A DNA stretch of 64,000 nucleotides. It comes from an uncultured Mycoplasmatota bacterium. GTDB lineage: Bacteria; Bacillota_I; Bacilli_A; RF39; UBA660. The position numbers and the translations under genes were made by a program. Below are positions 58,738 to 64,000 of this stretch, piece by piece. The notes beneath the pieces are model-generated. The model was not told where the DNA came from, did not search any database, and saw nothing but the letters and a program-made list of their open reading frames with translations. The stretch lies in assembly GCA_900557185.1 (NCBI GenBank), contig USRP01000001.1, positions 11-64,010 of the forward strand, in the 5' to 3' direction. Positions within the stretch are counted from its first letter, which is position 1, and each line of letters starts with the position of its first letter.

Positions 58738-58893
58738 CCATACACCTTCTATCTATATTACATATATTCTTATATCATTATACTATAAACAGCCTTTGAA
58801 AAGAAATAGGAAGAGAAGGAAGTGGACAAACACTTGACAATCTATTTTTTCTGTGTTATGATAATCAACTATTTCATGTGAGGGGGGATTTAT

Positions 58894-59844
58894 ATGAATA
58901 GTAATCAAGGACAATATAATGAAATGAAGCAATTTTTTGATGCGATTAGAAAAGGAATGGAAAAAAAGCCACAAGAAGAAATTGATCTTCGTTTTATCAT
59001 GGCACAATTAAATAAATATGGAATTTCAAATGCCGGAGAAGAAATTTCTTATCCAGTATTAAATCGTTCTGATATTTTTGAGGAGTTTGCTGATCAGCAG
59101 TTTTATTTATCAAAGGGCACTTGTTTTCCACCATATATTGAGTTTTCTATTCATGATAAGAATGACCCACATCATAAAGCTCGTAATTATGAAATTATTA
59201 TTCCAGCTAAAGCAGAAAGTTGCGATATGATTTCAGTATTACTAATTGACTTTTTATTAGAACATCAAATTCCAGCAGAAGTAAAGGCTAGCACGCATCA
59301 TACAAATGCGAATATTCGTGTATTTATAGAAACCGAACAAATGGCTAAAGCTGTTCGTAAATACTGTTTACGTCAACCATTAATCTATTGTAATATTCAA
59401 AAAACAAATCCATTTATTAAAAGATTTGCTAAAGAGAATGAACAGAAAGATACAGCATTTGGTATTCAGAAAAATCCTTATGGAGCAGGAATGGAAAGTA
59501 TTGAATATATTGCGGTATTAATTACTGAATATGTAGAATCAGCTCGTATGCATGATCGCATTGATTTTGTGACAGTAGATAAATTTATGTCGTCATTAAA
59601 GAAACGAGTTGATTTATATCGTGATACAGATCCTAAAAAACAAATGAGTAAAAGTTTATTAGATGTATATAATAAAGCCAAGCAAGAACATAAAGAACAA
59701 GTTGAAATTAGAAATGTATTAACAAAAGAGAAGAAACATGATGAGTCAAAATTAAAACCATACTCATATTATAATCATGAAAGTATGAAAGAGAGAAATC
59801 ATATGATGAGTAAGGAATATGTAAAAAATGTTTATCTAGGGTAA
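58894..59844 (+). CDS. Hypothetical protein
   Basis: 316 aa ORF with an RBS. No family recognised. Confidence 0.4.
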   Translation: MNSNQGQYNEMKQFFDAIRKGMEKKPQEEIDLRFIMAQLNKYGISNAGEEISYPVLNRSDIFEEFADQQFYLSKGTCFPPYIEFSIHDKNDPHHKARNYEIIIPAKAESCDMISVLLIDFLLEHQIPAEVKASTHHTNANIRVFIETEQMAKAVRKYCLRQPLIYCNIQKTNPFIKRFAKENEQKDTAFGIQKNPYGAGMESIEYIAVLITEYVESARMHDRIDFVTVDKFMSSLKKRVDLYRDTDPKKQMSKSLLDVYNKAKQEHKEQVEIRNVLTKEKKHDESKLKPYSYYNHESMKERNHMMSKEYVKNVYLG

Positions 59845-59918
59845 GATAAACATTTTTACTTGTGAAATTATAGATTTTATAGTATAATTTAGTGGAATTT
59901 AGTGAGGAGAGGATACGC

Positions 59919-60977
59919 ATGATTGAGAGATTAATGATGATTGAAAAACGTTATCTAGAGTTAAATGATGAGTTAATGAAACCAGAAATTATCTCAAACG
60001 TAAAAGAAACGTTAAAAAGAACGAAAGAACAAGCAATGTTAAAAGATGCGTATGATGCATATCAAAAATACAAAGAATTAGATGCTGGTATTTCCGATGC
60101 GAAAGAAATGCTTCATGATCCAGAACTTGGAGAAATGGCAAGAGAAGAATTAAATACATTGGAACAAGAGAAAGCAAGCTTAGAAAAAGAAATCGAAGTG
60201 ATATTACTTCCAAAAGATCCAATGGATGGAAAGAATGTTATTGTCGAAATCCGTGGAGCTGCGGGAGGAGATGAAGCGAATATTTTTGCTGGTGACCTAT
60301 TCCGTATGTATTCTAAATATGCTGAAAAAGAAGGATGGAGAATTGAAGTATTAGAAGAATATCCAAGTGAAATGGGTGGTTATTCTTTAATTCAATTTAT
60401 GGTAAAAGGTGAAAATGTATATTCTAAGTTAAAGTATGAGAGTGGAGCTCACCGTGTCCAAAGAGTACCACAAACAGAAACACAAGGAAGAGTTCATACT
60501 TCTACCGCCACTGTGCTTGTTATGCCAGAAGCCGATGAAGTCGATATCGAAATCAAAGATGCTGATTTAAAAGTTGACGTTTATCGTTCGAGTGGAGCAG
60601 GAGGACAACACGTTAATACGACTGATAGTGCTGTTCGTATGACTCATATTCCAACAGGAATTGTTGTTACTTGTCAAAATGAACGTAGTCAGATTAAAAA
60701 CCGTGAAAAGGCATTACAAATGTTACGTGCTAGAGTTTATGAAGAAGAAGTGCGTAAGAAAGAAGAACAAGAAGGATTAGAACGTCGTACAAAAATTGGT
60801 ACTGGTGATCGTTCTGAGAAGATTAGAACTTATAATTATCCTCAAAATCGTGTCACTGACCACCGTATTGGTTTTACTTTAAAACAATTAGACCGTGTTA
60901 TGGAAGGTGATTTAGAGGAAATCATTACGGCTTTAATTAATGCTGATCAAGAAAGAAAGTTAAAGGAAGCATTATAA
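59919..60977 (+). CDS. prfA: Peptide chain release factor 1
   Basis: GGQ motif (SGAGGQHVNTTDSAVR) and PxT-type recognition region. RBS gaggagagga upstream of ATG 59919. Confidence 0.9.
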   Translation: MIERLMMIEKRYLELNDELMKPEIISNVKETLKRTKEQAMLKDAYDAYQKYKELDAGISDAKEMLHDPELGEMAREELNTLEQEKASLEKEIEVILLPKDPMDGKNVIVEIRGAAGGDEANIFAGDLFRMYSKYAEKEGWRIEVLEEYPSEMGGYSLIQFMVKGENVYSKLKYESGAHRVQRVPQTETQGRVHTSTATVLVMPEADEVDIEIKDADLKVDVYRSSGAGGQHVNTTDSAVRMTHIPTGIVVTCQNERSQIKNREKALQMLRARVYEEEVRKKEEQEGLERRTKIGTGDRSEKIRTYNYPQNRVTDHRIGFTLKQLDRVMEGDLEEIITALINADQERKLKEAL

Positions 60978-61747
60978 TGAAAACAAAAGCTCAATTAAAA
61001 GAGCTCTTTTCTTCTCATGGGATATCTCTTTCATTATTGGATTATCTAGAAAAATATGGAGATTCTAATAAAAAAGAGGAACAAGTACAAGAGGTATTAA
61101 GAGGTGTTCCAATTCAATATGTAATTGGTAATGTTGATTTTTATCATGCCAATTTAGAAGTAAATCCTTCTGTCTTAATTCCTCGTTTTGAGACAGAAGA
61201 ATTATGTGATAAAGTTATTCACATATTAAAATCATGGAAACAAGAAGAACTATCCATTGCTGATATTGGTACTGGTTCTGGATGTATTGCCATTACAATG
61301 AAACAAGTATTTCCTAAAGCCAAGGTAACAGGAGTAGATCTCTCTTTGGATGCTTTAGAAGTGGCTAAAAGAAATGGAATTCGAAATCATGTCGATATAT
61401 TGTGGCAATGTGGAGATTTATTACAACCATTAACAGGAAAATATGATTGTATTATTAGTAATCCACCTTATATTGACGAAGAAGATCCTGAAGTGATGAA
61501 TCAAGTTCGTACTTATGAACCTCATATGGCTCTTTTTGCCGAAGAGAAAGGGTATGCGAACTATCACAAAATATTAACAGGAGTAAAACCATATTTAAAA
61601 GAGCAATATTTGTTAGCGTTTGAAATTGGGTATCAACAAAAAGAACATCTAGGAACATATGCTAGAAAATTATTTCCTGAAGCAATGGTATCAGTTGAAA
61701 AAGATTTATCAGGAAAAGATCGTTTTTTATTTATTTTAAAGAGGTAA
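60977..61747 (+). CDS. prmC: Release factor glutamine N5-methyltransferase PrmC (HemK)
   Basis: NPPY motif (IISNPPYID), SAM-binding DIGTGSGCIA. ATGA coupling to prfA. Confidence 0.8.
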   Translation: MKTKAQLKELFSSHGISLSLLDYLEKYGDSNKKEEQVQEVLRGVPIQYVIGNVDFYHANLEVNPSVLIPRFETEELCDKVIHILKSWKQEELSIADIGTGSGCIAITMKQVFPKAKVTGVDLSLDALEVAKRNGIRNHVDILWQCGDLLQPLTGKYDCIISNPPYIDEEDPEVMNQVRTYEPHMALFAEEKGYANYHKILTGVKPYLKEQYLLAFEIGYQQKEHLGTYARKLFPEAMVSVEKDLSGKDRFLFILKR

Positions 61748-61759
61748 GGAGTAGGTAGT

Positions 61760-63169
61760 ATGAAAAAAACAAAAATTATTTGTAGTATTGGACCAGCAAG
61801 TAATCCATACGACATATTTAAGAAAATGGTATTACATGGAATGAATGTTGCCCGTATTAATTTTTCTCATGCAACAAATGAAGAACGTGAAATTGTAGTT
61901 GCAAATACAAAGAGGGTAAATCAAGAATTAGGAACGCATGTCGCAGTACTTTACGATACAAAAGGGCCTGACTTTCGTACAGGTAAAGCACAAGAAGGTG
62001 GTATTTCTTTAGAAGAAGGAAAACAAATCCGTATTGTAAAAGAAGATATCATTGGAACAGAAGAAGCATTTACAGTAAATTATAAAGATGCGTTAGATGA
62101 TATCCATGTTGGGGCTCATATTCTATTAGAAGATGGATTAATGGAATTAGAAGTAATTAGTAAAGAAGAAGATGGACTTACTTGTGTAGTAATCAGTGGT
62201 GGAGTTTTATTAGATCGTAAAGGGGTAAATGTACCTGGTGTAAAATTAAATGTACCATTTATCAGTGATCAAGATCGTGAAGATATTATTTATGCATGTC
62301 AACATGGTGGAGATTATTTAGCACTTTCTTTTGTCGATGAAAAAGAAGATGTTTTACAAGTACGTGAAATTTTAAAAGAACAAGATCGTGAAGATATGTT
62401 AATTATTTCTAAAATAGAAAGTGAAACAGCAATTGATCATATTGATGATATTATCGAAGTAAGTGATGGAATTATGGTAGCACGTGGAGATTTAGGAGTA
62501 GAAGTTCCAGTTGTGAATTTACCAATCTATCAAAAGACAATTGTAGAAAAATGTCGTGCGCAAGGTAAATTCTGTATTGTTGCAACAGAAATGTTATCTA
62601 GTATGCAAAAGAATGCTAGACCAACACGTGCTGAAGTATCAGATATTGCCAATGCTGTCATCGATGGTACAGATGCAGTGATGTTAAGTGGTGAAACAAC
62701 GACTGGAAAACATCCAATTGAAGCAGTGACTTATATGGCAAATGTTTGTGAAAATACAGAAAAATATTTACAATATCAAGATCGTATTCAAACTTCATTT
62801 CAATTAGATGTACCAGCAACGATTGCTAAAGGAGTTGTAGAAATTACGAATGATATTGATATTGAAGCAATTATTACAGCTACAATGACAGGTTATACAG
62901 CTCGTAATATTAGTAATTTAAGACCAAATACAATGATTATTGCAGCTTGTCCAGATGATGTGGTAGCTCGTAAATTATCCCTTAATTTTGGTGTTTATCC
63001 AACTGTTGTAGATTTATCTGGATCTACTGATGAGATTATTGAAAAGTGCTTGCAACAAGCAAAGAAACAATTTCAGTTAAAAGAGCGTTCATATGTTGTT
63101 GTAACAGGTGGATTTCCAAATGATACAAAAAAACATCACACAAATTATTTAAAGATAGAAATGATTTAA
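61760..63169 (+). CDS. pyk: Pyruvate kinase
   Basis: N-terminal TKIICSIGPAS, MVARGDLGVE and conserved K/E/D active-site blocks. 469 aa, without the PEP-utilising extra domain. Confidence 0.9.
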   Translation: MKKTKIICSIGPASNPYDIFKKMVLHGMNVARINFSHATNEEREIVVANTKRVNQELGTHVAVLYDTKGPDFRTGKAQEGGISLEEGKQIRIVKEDIIGTEEAFTVNYKDALDDIHVGAHILLEDGLMELEVISKEEDGLTCVVISGGVLLDRKGVNVPGVKLNVPFISDQDREDIIYACQHGGDYLALSFVDEKEDVLQVREILKEQDREDMLIISKIESETAIDHIDDIIEVSDGIMVARGDLGVEVPVVNLPIYQKTIVEKCRAQGKFCIVATEMLSSMQKNARPTRAEVSDIANAVIDGTDAVMLSGETTTGKHPIEAVTYMANVCENTEKYLQYQDRIQTSFQLDVPATIAKGVVEITNDIDIEAIITATMTGYTARNISNLRPNTMIIAACPDDVVARKLSLNFGVYPTVVDLSGSTDEIIEKCLQQAKKQFQLKERSYVVVTGGFPNDTKKHHTNYLKIEMI

Positions 63170-63196
63170 GTTTGACAAATCATTTCTTTTTTGTTA
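63152..63196 (+). terminator. Intrinsic terminator after pyk
   Basis: agaaatgattt…aaatcatttct hairpin followed by tttttt. Confidence 0.5.
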
Positions 63197-63232
63197 GTAT
63201 ATTACCTACTTTGTAAAAAGAGGGGGAATACT

Positions 63233-64000
63233 ATGAAAAACTATAATAAAAAAGATTATTATCAAGCTGCATTTCTTTATTGGCAACACCATGATGTAGA
63301 ACCAAGTTTACTATCAGATGATGAAACAGAAATTACGATTTTAGACAGTCGTTTTACAAAAAGAGAAGTTTATTTAATGATGGAAAATTATATTTGGCAA
63401 TATGCAGATAAAAAAGAAGTAAAATTATTTAAGAAAATCTCTAAAATTCACGAATATCCATATTATAAACAAGTCATGAGAACACAAGGAATGTCACTAG
63501 AAAAAGCAAAAAAATATTTAGATTCTAGAAAAATTAAAAAGGTCAATATAAAAAACTTATTAAAACGTTTAGAAAGTTATCAAGAAATAATTCCAGAAGA
63601 ATATGCTTACATACAAAAAGTGATTGCATATTATGATAGTTTAGAAATGTCACCAGAAGAAATCGAAAAGAAAGCACAAGAAAAAGAAATGCAAAGAAGA
63701 TTAGAAGCACAAGAAGCAGAACAATTTATTGAATACTATTTATCTGATTCAAACCCAATCCCAGTATATTTGCTATATTGTGAATACATGGGTGTTAGAA
63801 GCAAAGATATGGTTCATAAAGTTAAATTACTAGCCCATTATAATCCAGAATTATACCAACGTTTTCAAGAAGCAAATGCTAATGAAAGTACTAAAGAAAA
63901 CGTTCAAAGATTATTAACATTTATAGATCCTATTTTAAATAAAATGGCATTGAGTGTAGCAGATCATCAAAGAGAAGGTTCAAAACCTGACTTAATTGAT
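63233..64000 (+). CDS. Hypothetical protein, 5' partial view (continues beyond window end)
   Basis: Open frame from ATG 63233 (RBS agaggggg) to the window edge with no stop. Not in the ORF track because it is open-ended. Confidence 0.4.
   Translation, partial: MKNYNKKDYYQAAFLYWQHHDVEPSLLSDDETEITILDSRFTKREVYLMMENYIWQYADKKEVKLFKKISKIHEYPYYKQVMRTQGMSLEKAKKYLDSRKIKKVNIKNLLKRLESYQEIIPEEYAYIQKVIAYYDSLEMSPEEIEKKAQEKEMQRRLEAQEAEQFIEYYLSDSNPIPVYLLYCEYMGVRSKDMVHKVKLLAHYNPELYQRFQEANANESTKENVQRLLTFIDPILNKMALSVADHQREGSKPDLID

Noticed and set aside
1-64000. CRISPR arrays, rRNA genes, restriction-modification or other recognisable defence systems
   Set aside because: No spacer-repeat periodicity, no rRNA-like conserved blocks, and no methyltransferase, endonuclease or Cas-type ORFs were seen on either strand.

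Overview
This 64 kb window is from a low-GC (about 30%) Firmicute chromosome, and gene content and synteny suggest an Erysipelotrichaceae- or Bacillus-like endospore former. Most of it is core housekeeping: the tRNA ligases asnS (with a T-box leader), gltX and argS; rnr-smpB; prfA-prmC-pyk; clpC, hup, rpoE, cca, dnaD-nth, rluB, rlmD, a class A PBP and ogt. There are two tRNAs (Arg-ACG on the minus strand, Ala-UGC on the plus strand) and a one-piece tmRNA (ssrA) on the minus strand. Spore-related modules are present: dacB-spmA-spmB, a gerAA-gerAC-gerAB germinant receptor operon, a GerQ-like coat protein and a LysM protein. A cell-envelope cluster runs from 1.3 to 7.9 kb: a YfhO-like GT-C membrane protein, a CsbB-like GT2 glycosyltransferase, and a polysaccharide deacetylase with Ig-like repeats. 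The most unusual part is the ssrA neighbourhood (about 46.3-53.1 kb). The tmRNA gene is inverted and separated from smpB by an accessory segment. Its 3' end plus terminator is imperfectly duplicated 1.55 kb away. The two copies bracket a cargo encoding an extended LinA/ANT(2'')-like nucleotidyltransferase, which is preceded by a strong-SD 9-codon mini-ORF and a hairpin. This looks like a decayed small integrative element at ssrA carrying a possibly inducible nucleotidyltransferase gene. No integrase, CRISPR array, rRNA or restriction system was found. Many antisense ORFs in the six-frame track that lie inside long genes are considered spurious.
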